DNA from: the human T2T-CHM13v2.0 reference genome, Homo sapiens
DNA length: 64,000 nucleotides
Assembly: GCF_009914755.1 (NCBI RefSeq)
Contig: NC_060940.1
Direction: 5' to 3' (one strand)
Under the pieces are notes generated by a model. It was given only the letters and a program-made list of their open reading frames with translations. It searched no databases and was not told the origin of the DNA. Below are positions 63,434 through 64,000 of the stretch, one piece after another (the first letter of the stretch is position 1; every line of letters starts with the position of its first letter). A program made the position numbers and the translations under genes.

Positions 63434-64000
63434 CTCTCATGTCCGGTGTCCTCTTGTCTCATTAGGGGCCTGGGAAGCATCTCCTTATAACTTCTAGGAC
63501 TTGGCAAAGTATTGGACCCAATCATTGCTGAGATCTCTCAAAGTCCCAGCATTCCTTGATTCTGTCTTCATGTGGTAGGGTCTCTATATTCCTAGAGGCT
63601 TTGAAGGACCTTTGTATTCCTAGAGCCTAACACTATGCAAGGTATAAAGTAGGTGCTCAGTAAGATTGCTGAACATGCAACATATTGTTTTGGCAATCTC
63701 CTGCAGCATGAAATTTTCTAATCAATGTCCCTCCCCACAGGCCATTCCTAGAGCGCCCTTCTCTCCCTCCCTCCACATGGTAGACTTCATATTTCAAGCC
63801 AAACTCAGGTGTTCTCTTCCCTATGACAGCCTCAGACCAGAGTCCGAAGAAGTGTGTCCCATCTCTGGATTCCAATAACTCTGAAATTTCTCTAGGCTCT
63901 TCCATGCTATATTCTTTTGGAAGCAATGCTTGGTTTAGTGATTTTTCATTCTCTCAGTTTCTAGGATATTGTCTGATTCAATAATAAGTCTCAAAATGTG

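Overview
Human non-coding genomic DNA. A human-lineage AluYb8 with its diagnostic 7-bp duplication lies at 46224-46550. The window looks intergenic or deep-intronic, roughly 40-43% GC by eye, with no CpG island. I find no credible protein-coding exon, tRNA/rRNA gene or processed pseudogene. The listed ORFs are chance frames or fall in Alu, L1, LTR or simple repeats. Interspersed repeats are abundant: about 14 Alus, a twin-primed L1PA, several old L1M 3' ends, many MIR/L2 fragments, MaLR LTRs (THE1D/MSTA, MLT1) and hAT/Tigger MITEs. Between them are repeat-free blocks rich in homeodomain, FOX, TCF, E-box and T-box-like motifs that look like candidate enhancers, and several CTCF-like motifs mostly in one orientation. 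I could not identify the locus from sequence alone. The sequence does not support a new coding biological system. The best leads are: (1) an AluYb8 whose flanking duplication is far more diverged than its body (possible gene-conversion replacement); (2) a ~90-bp locally templated insertion inside an old L1; (3) a hierarchical ~470-bp ACA-rich VNTR at a MIR tail; (4) a co-oriented CTCF plus enhancer landscape; (5) an Alu whose TSD supplies a consensus splice donor. Repeat subfamily names come from recalled consensus sequences, and old-repeat boundaries are approximate.
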